From Thermodesulfobacteriota bacterium (lineage in GTDB: Bacteria > Desulfobacterota_D > UBA1144 > Nemesobacterales > JAJCZQ01), in the NCBI GenBank assembly GCA_965203965.1, contig CBDBDR010000017.1, forward strand, positions 160,001 to 224,000: 64,000 bases of DNA, read 5' to 3'. The notes under the pieces are model-generated. The model was given only the letters and a program-made list of their open reading frames with translations. It was not told the DNA's origin and made no database searches. The position numbers and the translations under genes were made by a program. Of this stretch, positions 40,423 to 50,311 are shown in pieces. Every line of letters begins with the position of its first letter. Position 1 is the stretch's first letter.

Positions 40423-40503
40423 CCTCTGTATAATTCTGCTTCATACGGGACTTAGGACTTAGGTTGCAGGGGTACATCATCACGGACTAGAGGGGCGGAA
40501 TAT

Positions 40504-41394
40504 ATGAAATATATGGAACAGGAATTAATTTCTATTCCAGTTGGAAATAGTAAAGTAAATGCCCTTTTTTATCGATCTCTCAAGCATAACAATACCGAAA
40601 ATAGAGAGCCGATCATAATTCACGTACATGGTTTTCTGGGGAATTTTTTGGATGGTAGTCAACGTTTTTTACCACCAATACTTGCGAAAGCAGGCTACTC
40701 TTCAATAGCGATAAATACCAGGATGGCAAATTTTGGCTTGTTCTTTGGATATGGCATTCTGGAAGACACCATTCCTCAGATAGATGGTGTAATACGTTAT
40801 CTTGGAAATGAGGGTTATACCAAGATCATTGTTTCTGGCTACAGTCTTGGTGGCAGCATAGTTCTTAAATATTCATCGATCAGAAACGATGCGGAGTTTC
40901 TAAAAGGTGTTATAGCACTTGCCACCCCTTATTCCATGCCTGATTCTATAAAGAGACGCTGGGATGAATACGGTAGTCAACCTTCATATGACGAAGTTTG
41001 TGAAGAGGCTAAACAGATACTCGGGTTGGAAACAAAAAAATCAGACAATGACAGGACTATATTGATATATAAAGCAAGGGGAAATAGTTTTAAGCCTGAG
41101 CACACGGAAGTTTACACCTACAAAACCTGGTGGTTTTTAGCAGGACCCGAAGCTGAAGACGCAAAAGGATACATTCAGATAAAAAATATAAAGAAGCCTA
41201 TTTTGTTGATACAGGGCTGGAACGATGAGATGGTGCGCTCTCATGAGACGCACGATTTAGCACAAGTTGCCATTGAAGCCGGCAATGAAGACGTGTTGGC
41301 TTTCTATTTAAACACCGGTCACAAACTTTCAGGTAAGGAAGAAGAATTGGGGGATATTATAGTAAGATGGCTGGACAGAAGATTTAAAGATTAA
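40504..41394 (+). CDS. Alpha/beta-fold serine hydrolase, paralog 1
   Basis: HVHG oxyanion region, GYSLG nucleophile, IQGWNDEMV Asp, TGH His. Confidence 0.85.
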   Translation: MKYMEQELISIPVGNSKVNALFYRSLKHNNTENREPIIIHVHGFLGNFLDGSQRFLPPILAKAGYSSIAINTRMANFGLFFGYGILEDTIPQIDGVIRYLGNEGYTKIIVSGYSLGGSIVLKYSSIRNDAEFLKGVIALATPYSMPDSIKRRWDEYGSQPSYDEVCEEAKQILGLETKKSDNDRTILIYKARGNSFKPEHTEVYTYKTWWFLAGPEAEDAKGYIQIKNIKKPILLIQGWNDEMVRSHETHDLAQVAIEAGNEDVLAFYLNTGHKLSGKEEELGDIIVRWLDRRFKD

Positions 41395-41401
41395 AGATTA
41401 A

Positions 41402-42304
41402 ATGATAGCTAAGCAGCGTAGATTATTAACTTACAATGCCCCAGATGAATTTGAAATTAACGCTCTTCTGACCACTCCCGAGTTTAAAAGCGAGGAGGAG
41501 TTGTTTAAGAAACCGATAATCATCAACGTGCATGGTGTGCTGGGTAACTTTCTTGCCAGAGGAACTCCTCAAATCCTCCCAACTGTTTTATTGGAAAAAG
41601 GTATAAGTACACTTTCCATTAATACAAGAATGGGGTTTCTAGGACAGATATTTGGTGAAGGTATATACCATGAAGCCAGTCAGGATATAGACGAGTCGGT
41701 GAACATGCTTGAAAAGGAAGGTTTTGAGAACATATACGTGCTGGGCTACAGCCTTGGTGCAAATCTTGCCGTTTATTATGCAACGCAGAACAGTGATACG
41801 AATGTAAAAGGATTTATACTTGAAGGATGCTCTTACTCATTACCTGATTCGCAAAAAAGAAGATTGAAAAAATTTAATAGTATTCCCCAGTATGAGGATA
41901 TATACAAAAGGGCACAGCAGATCCTCGGACCCGACCCGTATAGTAGTAGGAACGATCAAGTATTTATAATTTACAGGGCTTGGGGAGACACTTTTAATCC
42001 GATTGATATAGAGATATTTACATACAAAACATGGTGGTTTATGAGGAGTCCAGAGGCTGAGAACGCTAAAACGTGCAAGCATATAGCTGGAGTCAAGACA
42101 CCTGTTTTGTTTATCCATGGGAAAGAAGATGATGTTGTTGACCTCTGGGAGCCCGAAGAATTAAAAAGGATTTTAAATGAAGCCGGGAACAAAAATGTCT
42201 CGCTTGTTTATATTCCCGATGCTAAACATGACTGTATGGAAAACCCTGAAAGTATGGTTCAGGTAATTACTGCCTGGCTGTCCAATCACGGCTTTTGTTA
42301 TTAA
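41402..42304 (+). CDS. Alpha/beta-fold serine hydrolase, paralog 2
   Basis: NVHG, GYSLG, IHGKEDDVV, DAKH. Confidence 0.85.
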   Translation: MIAKQRRLLTYNAPDEFEINALLTTPEFKSEEELFKKPIIINVHGVLGNFLARGTPQILPTVLLEKGISTLSINTRMGFLGQIFGEGIYHEASQDIDESVNMLEKEGFENIYVLGYSLGANLAVYYATQNSDTNVKGFILEGCSYSLPDSQKRRLKKFNSIPQYEDIYKRAQQILGPDPYSSRNDQVFIIYRAWGDTFNPIDIEIFTYKTWWFMRSPEAENAKTCKHIAGVKTPVLFIHGKEDDVVDLWEPEELKRILNEAGNKNVSLVYIPDAKHDCMENPESMVQVITAWLSNHGFCY

Positions 42305-42427
42305 AATTCCTGTCATTACTGGGGGGAGAGGGTGCTCGTCTTGAAAAAGATATAAAATAATATATGCTGCTTACCCTTATTCCAAAGTGATTATCAAAGG
42401 TAACTAACTAACGGAGGTTTCTGGCAG

Positions 42428-43981
42428 ATGATTGTATCAGTAGATGGTGTTAAGTTATTAGAGCATCATGGAATTAAAAATACAGGAAGGGTGTATTACA
42501 ATCTTTCCATTCCCGAGCTTTATGAAGAGTTTATTAAGCGCGGTGAAGGGCAAATCGGGCAAGCTGGAACTCTTGTTGCGGACACCAGGCCACATACGGG
42601 AAGATCACCTAAAGACAGGTTTATAGTTAAAGAACCTTCGACCGAAGATAGAATTAATTGGGATTCAGTGAACCAACCAATTTCATCTGAAGCATTTAAT
42701 TCGCTCTACAATAAGGTTATGAATTATTTTGAAGGCAAAGACATTTTTGTCAGGGATATGTGTGTTTGTGCACATCCTGATTATAAAACAAACATCAGGG
42801 TGATCAACGAATTTGCCTGGCATAATATTTTTGTAAATAATCTCTTCATAAGACCTGAAACATCTAATTTGCCTCATAAGGGAGTTGGCTTTACGGTTAT
42901 TTCAGCCCCGGGTTTTCAAGCAGATCCAAAAGTGGACGCTACGAGAAGTGAAACGTTTATAATCTTGAATTTGCAAAAAAGGATAGCTCTGATAGGAGGA
43001 ACCAAATATGCAGGTGAGATGAAAAAATCCGTGTTTGCTGCTATGAATTTTTTACTGCCTGAAAGAAACGTGTTCCCTATGCACTGTTCTGCCAACGTTG
43101 GTAAAGAGGGTGACGTTGCTTTATTTTTTGGATTATCTGGAACGGGTAAGACTACTTTATCCGCGGATCCGGAAAGAGATTTGATAGGAGATGATGAGCA
43201 CGGGTGGTTTGATCAAGGTGTATTTAACTTTGAAGGTGGTTGTTATGCTAAGGTTATCAAACTGAACCCGGAGACTGAACCTGAAATATATAATGCGACT
43301 TTGCGTTTCGGTTCCGTTTTGGAGAATGTGGAGATGGACACTGAAACAAGAGAGATAAAATTTGATAGCAATAATTTTACTGAAAATACAAGAAGTGCTT
43401 ATCAGCTCAATTCGCTGAACGGCATAGTTGAGGACGGCATAGGCAAGGTGCCTTCAACAATTTTTATGCTAACTTACGATGCGTTTGGCGTTTTACCTCC
43501 CATATCCAAACTGACGCCCGAGCAGGCAATGTATTTTTTCCTGCTTGGTTATACTGCAAAAGTGGCAGGCACAGAACGAGGTGTGAGTGTACCTCAGGCA
43601 ACTTTCAGTTCTTGTTTTGGTGCACCTTTTCTTCCGCGACCGCCAAAATTTTATGGTGAGATGATGAAAAAGAAAATGGAGAAGCACAAGGTTAGCGTAT
43701 GGCTTCTTAATACTGGTATATGCGGGGGACCGTATGGCATTGGAGAGAGAATGTCTTTGTCCTCAACCAGATCGCTGGTTAGTGCGGCTATAAATGGCAC
43801 ACTTAACAAATCCGAATTTGTTGAAGTTCCTATTTTAGAACTTAAAGTTCCGGTGAACTGCCCTGGAGTTGATCCAAAGTTATTGCAGCCCAGACTTTCA
43901 TGGGGTAATGCCAAAGAGTATGATGAAAAAGCAAATGAATTGAAAAAGTTGTTTGAAGAGAAGCATAAAAGTCATATATAA
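42428..43981 (+). CDS. pckA: PEP carboxykinase (ATP)
   Basis: TGRSPKD, YAGEMKKS, GLSGTGKTTLS, IGDDEH, NFEGGCYAK, TENTR. Confidence 0.98.
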   Translation: MIVSVDGVKLLEHHGIKNTGRVYYNLSIPELYEEFIKRGEGQIGQAGTLVADTRPHTGRSPKDRFIVKEPSTEDRINWDSVNQPISSEAFNSLYNKVMNYFEGKDIFVRDMCVCAHPDYKTNIRVINEFAWHNIFVNNLFIRPETSNLPHKGVGFTVISAPGFQADPKVDATRSETFIILNLQKRIALIGGTKYAGEMKKSVFAAMNFLLPERNVFPMHCSANVGKEGDVALFFGLSGTGKTTLSADPERDLIGDDEHGWFDQGVFNFEGGCYAKVIKLNPETEPEIYNATLRFGSVLENVEMDTETREIKFDSNNFTENTRSAYQLNSLNGIVEDGIGKVPSTIFMLTYDAFGVLPPISKLTPEQAMYFFLLGYTAKVAGTERGVSVPQATFSSCFGAPFLPRPPKFYGEMMKKKMEKHKVSVWLLNTGICGGPYGIGERMSLSSTRSLVSAAINGTLNKSEFVEVPILELKVPVNCPGVDPKLLQPRLSWGNAKEYDEKANELKKLFEEKHKSHI

Positions 43982-44048
43982 CTGTTTGTCAGTTTTGTGA
44001 AAATAGTTAAATATTTATTTGCTGTTGTCTCAAGGTGGGAGAAAATTT

Positions 44049-44315
44049 ATGGAAAGTAATGAGATTGATTTAGAGAAAACTCTTTCAATCTGGTGGTCAA
44101 TGTTTTGGCGTGTCTTCCTAGTTGGTATGCTGGTTGGTGCTATGCTCGGGGTTGTTGTTGGATCCATTGCATCGGTTATGGGATATTCTGAATTTTCTGG
44201 TTTGGTTGGTGCAGTAATGAGTTGGATTGGTTCAATTTCAGTTTCTATCTGGGCATTAAAGGCATCACTCTCAAAGAAACACGGTGGTTATTCCGTTGTA
44301 TTAGTTAAATCCTGA
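44049..44315 (+). CDS. Small two-TM membrane protein
   Basis: Gly-rich hydrophobic helices, GGTGGGAG SD. Confidence 0.7.
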   Translation: MESNEIDLEKTLSIWWSMFWRVFLVGMLVGAMLGVVVGSIASVMGYSEFSGLVGAVMSWIGSISVSIWALKASLSKKHGGYSVVLVKS

Positions 44316-44370
44316 TTAACTGTTACCTCTTAACAAATGCTGAAATATTCTAAAAGTAATACTGTTTTAT

Positions 44371-44448
44371 TGGCGTCCCCGAGGGGATTTGAACCCCTGT
44401 TACCGGCGTGAAAGGCCGATGTCCTAGGCCTGGCTAGACGACGGGGAC
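44371..44448 (-). tRNA. tRNA-Glu(TTC)
   Basis: Reverse complement GTCCCCGTCGTCTAGCCAGGCCTAGGACATCGGCCTTTCACGCCGG...GGTTCAAATCCCCTCGGGGACGCCA. Confidence 0.97.
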
Positions 44449-44454
44449 GCTGAA

Positions 44455-44528
44455 TGAGCCGTACAGGATTCGAACCTGTGACCCACTGCTTAAAAGGCAG
44501 TTGCTCTACCAAGCTGAGCTAACGGCTC
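44455..44528 (-). tRNA. tRNA-Lys(TTT)
   Basis: Reverse complement GAGCCGTTAGCTCAGCTTGGTAGAGCAACTGCCTTTTAAGCAG...GGTTCGAATCCTGTACGGCTCA. Confidence 0.97.
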
Positions 44529-44542
44529 AAACTGAACGCAAC

Positions 44543-44570
44543 ACTATATCACTAAAGGATATGTTGTCAA
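44543..44570 (-). promoter_or_regulatory. Putative sigma70 promoter of the tRNA-Lys/Glu pair
   Basis: TTGACA-N16-TATAGT with an extended TG on the minus strand. Confidence 0.6.
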
Positions 44571-44638
44571 AATTAGTAGCCCGGCATTAATTTTATGTAG
44601 TTGCATGAGAAAATTAAAACTCTTGTGTAAAATGTATA

Positions 44639-45802
44639 ATGATTTCAGGTCTTGATAAAGTCCAGAAAAAAAACTTTACACTGCTCATACTGGCTAATTT
44701 TTTCTTCTTTTGTAATTTTTCAGCTTTTTTCCTGCTACCACTTTTTATAAAAGATCTTGGGGGAGATGAGGCGGAAATTGGATATATAATGGGTGCTTTC
44801 GGTATAACTTCTCTGGGTTCAATTCCATTTGTTTCTCACTTGATTGACAAATATGGGAGGAAATATTTCATGATCTTTGGTGGGTTTTTGATATTTATTT
44901 CCACTATATCGTTTTTACTGATTAGGGATATTGGGGTTGCAATTTATGTTCTCAGGCTTATGCAGGGGGTTGGTTTTGCCTTCTTTTTTACGTCCGCAAG
45001 CACTTCGGTTTCAGATAACATCCCACAAAATATAAGAGCTCACGGTCTCGGGGTTTTTGGTGCTTTTACGATCATGTCATACTCGATTGGTCCTTCAATA
45101 GGGGAACTTGTAATAAGCAAGTTCGGATTTGATATCTTTTTTGTTTACTCTTCCTCTTTCAGTTTGATTGCAATTGTCATCATCCTCTTTGCAGGTGACG
45201 GGCGGTTTACAAAATCGGGTAACGGATCCACTCTTGCTTTTTTTAATCTGATATGCTCACAAAGATATAGACTTATACTACTTATAAATTTGGTTATAGC
45301 TTGTGGGCTTGGCAGCGTTCTTCATTTCTTTTCAGTTTTCCTCAGGTCAAAAAATTTCAGTGTGTCTGCCTTTTTTCTGACTTACGCTGTTACTGTACTC
45401 ATAATTCGCGTTCTTGGGAGCAAAGCTTCTGACAGATTTAATAGGAAATTCATAGCCTCACCGAGCATGTTGCTGATGTCTTTGTCACTGATTTTTGTGT
45501 TTACCATTGATTCTCTTCACAAGGCGATTGTGGTCTCCCTGTTGTTCAGTATCGGATATGGCTTTTTATACCCAACTATCAGTGCGATAATAATAGACAG
45601 AGCTTCTTCATCCGAAAGAGGTAAGGCAATGGGTGCGTTTAACGGTTCATTCAGTTTAGGTATAAATTATATTGCTTTTCCCCTTGGTATATTGGCTAAA
45701 TATTTTGGATTTCCCGTGATGTATATGATTACCGGTATGTTTGTTTTTGTGGGATTTCTAATATACACAATTTTTGAGAACGACACCCGATATGAAAATT
45801 AA
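44639..45802 (+). CDS. MFS transporter
   Basis: About 12 TM segments, LIDKYGRK and ASDRFNRK motif-A loops, RLMQGVG. Confidence 0.92.
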   Translation: MISGLDKVQKKNFTLLILANFFFFCNFSAFFLLPLFIKDLGGDEAEIGYIMGAFGITSLGSIPFVSHLIDKYGRKYFMIFGGFLIFISTISFLLIRDIGVAIYVLRLMQGVGFAFFFTSASTSVSDNIPQNIRAHGLGVFGAFTIMSYSIGPSIGELVISKFGFDIFFVYSSSFSLIAIVIILFAGDGRFTKSGNGSTLAFFNLICSQRYRLILLINLVIACGLGSVLHFFSVFLRSKNFSVSAFFLTYAVTVLIIRVLGSKASDRFNRKFIASPSMLLMSLSLIFVFTIDSLHKAIVVSLLFSIGYGFLYPTISAIIIDRASSSERGKAMGAFNGSFSLGINYIAFPLGILAKYFGFPVMYMITGMFVFVGFLIYTIFENDTRYEN

Positions 45803-46196
45803 GCCAAATGACCGTGTGTTGATACTTGCTCCGGATGAGAAATCTACCTGCTGAAGGTTGAAAGGCATGGAATTTTTCATACTAATAAGGGAATATTGGA
45901 TTTTAACGATATATAATTAGGAAAAGAATTTAGTTACTCTGTTGTTTCCTCTCTTGGTCATTATTATCCTGCTTGAATCTACAGTGGAAGACAAAATGAT
46001 GGAGGTGCTCAAGATCATATATCCAAAAAACGCTGCGTTATTCACATGCGAAACGTGGGATTTGTCTATATAGGAAACATTTGAGATAATTATTAGAAAT
46101 TACCTTGTAAGTCCAGGAAAGACTATACCAATTGATAGGATAGTTGCTCACACGGGATTTATAACAGTTGGGAGAAAATCCAGTAAACAATTTTGA
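45792..46196 (+). pseudogene. trmI: tRNA (adenine-N1) methyltransferase TrmI relic
   Basis: Fragments MKIKPNDRVLIL / YLLKVERHGIFHTNKGIL / GKEFSYSVVSSLG / STVEDKMMEV..IIYPKNAAL / ETFEIIIRNYLVSPGKTIPIDRIVAHTGFITVGRK; SAM-binding core absent; several frameshifts. Confidence 0.82.
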
Positions 46197-46211
46197 TGTT
46201 TAAAATTTATA

Positions 46212-47003
46212 ATGATAATAGGTAGTTACAAGATGCGTTTCGTATTGATTATCTTGCTGTTTCTTTCTTGTGGCAGCACGGATAGAAAAAACAGCTATGA
46301 AGTGCTGGGCATTATTGATGGTGATACAATTATAATCAACCATCCAAAGGTTGATAGACTGAGATACATTGGAATAGATGCTCCTGAGGTGCTGAATAAT
46401 TATTCACCGGGTGAGCCTTTCCAACTGGAGTCTACAAACTTGAACAAAAAGCTGGTTGGTGGCAAGAAAATAACCGTGGAATATGATCAGGAGAAATATG
46501 GTCCTTATGGAAGGTTGCTTGGATACGTTTTTGTAGATGGTGTTCTGGTCAATAAGGAGATAGTAAGGCGAGGTCTAGCGAGAGCCTCATTTATAGGAGT
46601 AAACAGAAAGTATGAGGATATAATTCTTAAAGCTCAACAAGAAGCAAGGAAAGCCAAACAGGGAATATGGGGTGATCCGGGTAGATTTCAAGCTCCAAAA
46701 GACAACAGACGTTTTCTCATTAAACCAAAAGACGCCAAGCGTTATATTGATAAAAGTGTTTTGGTAAGAGGCAAGGTAACAAAATTGATCAAAAAGAAAG
46801 ATAAAGTGATAGTGCTGAGAGTAAACAATTTGTTAAACATAACGTTTTTTAAGAGCGATTTTGACAATTTCAGATTTTTTGGGATTGACCCATCGAATTT
46901 TTATCTGGGGAAATACGTTGAAGTGATTGGACGTATAAGGATGTACAGGGGATATCCTCAGATAATAGTAGAACATCCTATATCGATCAAGGTATTAGAT
47001 TGA
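46212..47003 (+). CDS. Thermonuclease (SNase)-family lipoprotein with C-terminal OB-fold-like domain
   Basis: FLSC lipobox, IIDGDTI, RYIGIDAPE, YGRLLGYV, GIWG. Confidence 0.88.
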   Translation: MIIGSYKMRFVLIILLFLSCGSTDRKNSYEVLGIIDGDTIIINHPKVDRLRYIGIDAPEVLNNYSPGEPFQLESTNLNKKLVGGKKITVEYDQEKYGPYGRLLGYVFVDGVLVNKEIVRRGLARASFIGVNRKYEDIILKAQQEARKAKQGIWGDPGRFQAPKDNRRFLIKPKDAKRYIDKSVLVRGKVTKLIKKKDKVIVLRVNNLLNITFFKSDFDNFRFFGIDPSNFYLGKYVEVIGRIRMYRGYPQIIVEHPISIKVLD

Positions 47004-47650
47004 GTTTAGAAGGTTTGCTCGGCGAAGGTGCCGCGGACTTGGGTATTCAACTAGAAGATGTTCAAATTCAAAAACTCATAACTTATCTCAAGTTGTTAAA
47101 AAAATGGAACAGAAGGATAAACCTTACTTCTGTAACGGACGGTAAAGATATTGTTATAAAGCATTTTCTAGATTCCCTTTCTATTTCGGAGTTGTTGAGT
47201 ATGAATGCCCGTATATTGGATATAGGCTCCGGCGCAGGTTTTCCCGGACTTCCTCTGTCCATTGTCAATCCCGGTCTATCCGTAACCCTTCTTGATACCG
47301 TTGGGAAAAAGGTAGTGTTTATGAGAGAGGTAATAAGAAAGCTGAAATTAAATAATGCAGTGGCGATTACAGGAAAAGCGGAAGATGTAAACAGCAAACT
47401 GGCAATTAGTTCCTTTGACTTTGTTCTTACCAGAGCGGTGGGCAGTATTAAAGAGGTTTTGAATGTGTCCCTTCCTTATGTTAAAAACGATGGCAAAGTG
47501 TTGCTCATGCGAGGCAAAGACGGTGAACGGGAATGGAGTTCTTTTATTAACGGTTTAGATAGTAACAAGAGAAACTGCTTGAAGGCTAAAAAGCTGAAAT
47601 TCAGGCTTCCATTCAGTGATTATAAAAGGGTAGTATTGATTGTGGGGTGA
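47000..47650 (+). CDS. rsmG: 16S rRNA m7G527 methyltransferase
   Basis: WNRRINLT, HFLDSL, DIGSGAGFPG, TRA. Confidence 0.95.
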   Translation: MSLEGLLGEGAADLGIQLEDVQIQKLITYLKLLKKWNRRINLTSVTDGKDIVIKHFLDSLSISELLSMNARILDIGSGAGFPGLPLSIVNPGLSVTLLDTVGKKVVFMREVIRKLKLNNAVAITGKAEDVNSKLAISSFDFVLTRAVGSIKEVLNVSLPYVKNDGKVLLMRGKDGEREWSSFINGLDSNKRNCLKAKKLKFRLPFSDYKRVVLIVG

Positions 47651-47758
47651 TTTAATTAATCTAATCGTATCACTACGGTATGTTGTGTTGGGAGTTTGTT
47701 GAAATTTAGTGGGTTGAAAGGTAGAGTATGCACCTAATTTTTACTTGAGCAATGATCT

Positions 47759-48616
47759 ATGTTTAAAATAGGAATAATTGGTGGAAGTGGTTTATATGAT
47801 ATGGATGGTATTGAGAATGTGGAGTCTCTAAATATATCAACTCCCTGGGGAGGTCCTTCCGGAGAAATATTAAAAGGTAATCTTGGTGACACAGAATTTT
47901 TGTTTTTACCTCGTCACGGCAAAGGACATAAAATTACACCTTCGGATATTAACTACCGTGCAAATATTTATGCAATGAAGATGCTGGGTGTAAATTGGAT
48001 AATTTCCGTAAGTGCAGTTGGTAGTATGAAGAATGAAATCGTGCCAGGACACGTTGTGATCCCCTCGCAATTCATCGATTTTACCAAAAAACGAGAGTCA
48101 ACGTTCTTCGGTAATGGTGTTGTAGCCCACGTGTCAATGGCTGATCCAGTCTGTCCTCAACTGTCACAGGTTCTGTTTGATGCAGCCGTCGGTTCTGGAG
48201 CCACTGCACATAAAGGAGGAACTTATATATGCATTGAGGGCCCACAGTTTTCCTCCAAAGGAGAGAGCGAGCTATACAGGCGTTGGGACGTGGATGTTAT
48301 CGGTATGACAAATATGCCAGAAGCCAAGTTGGCAAGAGAAGCAGAGATATGCTATTCTACGATGGCGTTTTCAACGGACTACGACTGCTGGCATGAAGAT
48401 CATGACGAGGTCACCGTTGACGATATTATTGAAACCCTTCAGCAAAACGTTGCCATGGCAAAGTCCATAATCAAGGAAGTGGCGGAGAAGATACCAAGTG
48501 GGATAGAATGTAAGTGTAGTTCAGCGTTGGAAAATTCTGTGATTACACAGCAAGACGAGATCAAAGATATTGAAATTGATAAGATCAGCCTGTTAATAGG
48601 AAAATATTTAAAGTGA
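47759..48616 (+). CDS. mtnP: 5'-methylthioadenosine phosphorylase
   Basis: GIIGGSG, LPRHG, SAVGS, EGPQFS, GMT.MPEA, TDYDCW. Confidence 0.93.
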   Translation: MFKIGIIGGSGLYDMDGIENVESLNISTPWGGPSGEILKGNLGDTEFLFLPRHGKGHKITPSDINYRANIYAMKMLGVNWIISVSAVGSMKNEIVPGHVVIPSQFIDFTKKRESTFFGNGVVAHVSMADPVCPQLSQVLFDAAVGSGATAHKGGTYICIEGPQFSSKGESELYRRWDVDVIGMTNMPEAKLAREAEICYSTMAFSTDYDCWHEDHDEVTVDDIIETLQQNVAMAKSIIKEVAEKIPSGIECKCSSALENSVITQQDEIKDIEIDKISLLIGKYLK

Positions 48617-49518
48617 GCTTACTTGTTGTTGGTTCAATGGCACTTGATTCCGTTAGAACACCGTTTGGAGAGGCTAATAATGTGCTCGGCGGTTCCGCTT
48701 CTTATTTTTCTCTTGCCGCAAGTCATTTTACGCGTGTGAATGTTATATCAGTGATTGGGTCAGATTTTCCCAGAGAGCATCTTGAACTGTTAAAGAAGAG
48801 AGACATAAATGTAGAGGGTGTCAAAAAAGAGGAAGGTTACAGTTTTAGATGGGAAGGTGAATATGGGTATGACCTGTCTGAGGCAAAAACATTGTCAACT
48901 CATTTAAACGTATTCGAAACTTTCAATCCCGTTGTGCCAGAATATCTCCAGGACGCCAAATACTTATTTCTGGCAAATATTGATCCTGAAATTCAGCTGT
49001 CCGTACTTAAACAGGTAAAGAACCCCAGTGTTGTAGCTTGTGATACAATGAATTTCTGGATAGAGAATAAACCCGATGAACTCAAACGCCTTCTAGGCTA
49101 CGTTGATATTCTGATAATCAACGATTCTGAAACAAGAGAGTTAGCAGGTGAGCCAATGATAGTCAAGGCGGCGCGTAAAATAATAGAAATGGGACCCAAA
49201 GTTCTCATAATTAAAAGAGGAGAATATGGCTCGTTGATGTTCAGTTCTGAAGGCATCTTTTATGCACCAAGCTACCCACTTGAGGATGTTTTCGATCCAA
49301 CAGGTGCCGGTGATACCTTTGCCGGTGGTTTTATGGGATATATTGCCTGTTGGAATATGACACGTATTGAAGATTATAAAAAAGCTATTTTGTATGGTAG
49401 TGTTCTGGCATCTTTCACTGTGGAGGATTTCAGCGTCAACGGGTTGGCAAATATTAACAAAGAAGATATAGCCACTAGATATCTTGCCTTCATAAAGCTC
49501 TCAAGTCTTGAGTCCTGA
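48613..49518 (+). CDS. PfkB-family carbohydrate/nucleoside kinase
   Basis: GGSA N-terminal motif, DPTGAGDTFAGG. Confidence 0.9.
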   Translation: MSLLVVGSMALDSVRTPFGEANNVLGGSASYFSLAASHFTRVNVISVIGSDFPREHLELLKKRDINVEGVKKEEGYSFRWEGEYGYDLSEAKTLSTHLNVFETFNPVVPEYLQDAKYLFLANIDPEIQLSVLKQVKNPSVVACDTMNFWIENKPDELKRLLGYVDILIINDSETRELAGEPMIVKAARKIIEMGPKVLIIKRGEYGSLMFSSEGIFYAPSYPLEDVFDPTGAGDTFAGGFMGYIACWNMTRIEDYKKAILYGSVLASFTVEDFSVNGLANINKEDIATRYLAFIKLSSLES

Positions 49519-49519
49519 T

Positions 49520-50311
49520 ATGAAAAAAACTTTTTCTTTACTGTTGTTGATCGTGTTTCTTGCTTTTTCCTACTCATGCGTCAAGTTGGGAGCTACAAGT
49601 GAAAAGAGAGATCAGGAAGATCAAAAGCAGCTATTTAATCAAAAGCAGTTGGCAATTGCTTCCATCAGAAGAGGAAATTACAGACAGGCAATAGAAGATA
49701 TTGCTATTGCAGAAAAGATCAATGCGCAGGATCCCGAGATCTACGTTATAAAGGGCGCGATTTACTACGGTTTGAAAGAATACAGGATAGCCGAATCAAA
49801 TTACTTACAGGCTTTGAATGTTGACAATAGCTATACCAAAGCTCGTTACAATCTCTGCGGTCTTTACTTAGTTCAGAACAGGCTTGATGAAGCGATAAAG
49901 CAATGCTCTATTGCAGGGTCAGATATTCTATACGAGGCAAAACCGAGTGTGTTTACCAATCTCGGAAAAGCTTATTTTAAGAAGGGACAAATAGAAAAAG
50001 CACAAAAGTATTACAATAAAGCCCTTGAGATAAATCCTGCCTACGTATATACACGTAATGAACTGGGCAAACTTTATCTGTCTATTAGCAGAGAAAATGA
50101 TGCAGTCCATGAATTTAAACAAGCTGTAAGAGGATTGCCTGAATATGAAGAGGCACATTTCAACCTTGGAATTACCTATCTGAAGCTAGGAGAAAGATTA
50201 CTGGCTTGTCAGCAGTTTGATAAGGTTGTGTCAATGAGTCCAAATTCTAAACTCGGAATAGACTCAGCAAAATACCTTGGCACTATCTGCGTTAAAGAGC
50301 GTAAGAATTAA
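49520..50311 (+). CDS. TPR lipoprotein (PilF/PilW/Tgl-like)
   Basis: YSC lipobox, about six TPRs. Confidence 0.75.
   Translation: MKKTFSLLLLIVFLAFSYSCVKLGATSEKRDQEDQKQLFNQKQLAIASIRRGNYRQAIEDIAIAEKINAQDPEIYVIKGAIYYGLKEYRIAESNYLQALNVDNSYTKARYNLCGLYLVQNRLDEAIKQCSIAGSDILYEAKPSVFTNLGKAYFKKGQIEKAQKYYNKALEINPAYVYTRNELGKLYLSISRENDAVHEFKQAVRGLPEYEEAHFNLGITYLKLGERLLACQQFDKVVSMSPNSKLGIDSAKYLGTICVKERKN

Noticed and set aside
40448..40463. GGACTTA tandem heptamer upstream of the hydrolase pair
   Set aside because: Only about two copies; removing one does not restore an upstream reading frame, and I recognise no RNA motif.
44330..44512. 60-aa minus-strand ORF
   Set aside because: It is a translation of tRNA-Lys and tRNA-Glu.
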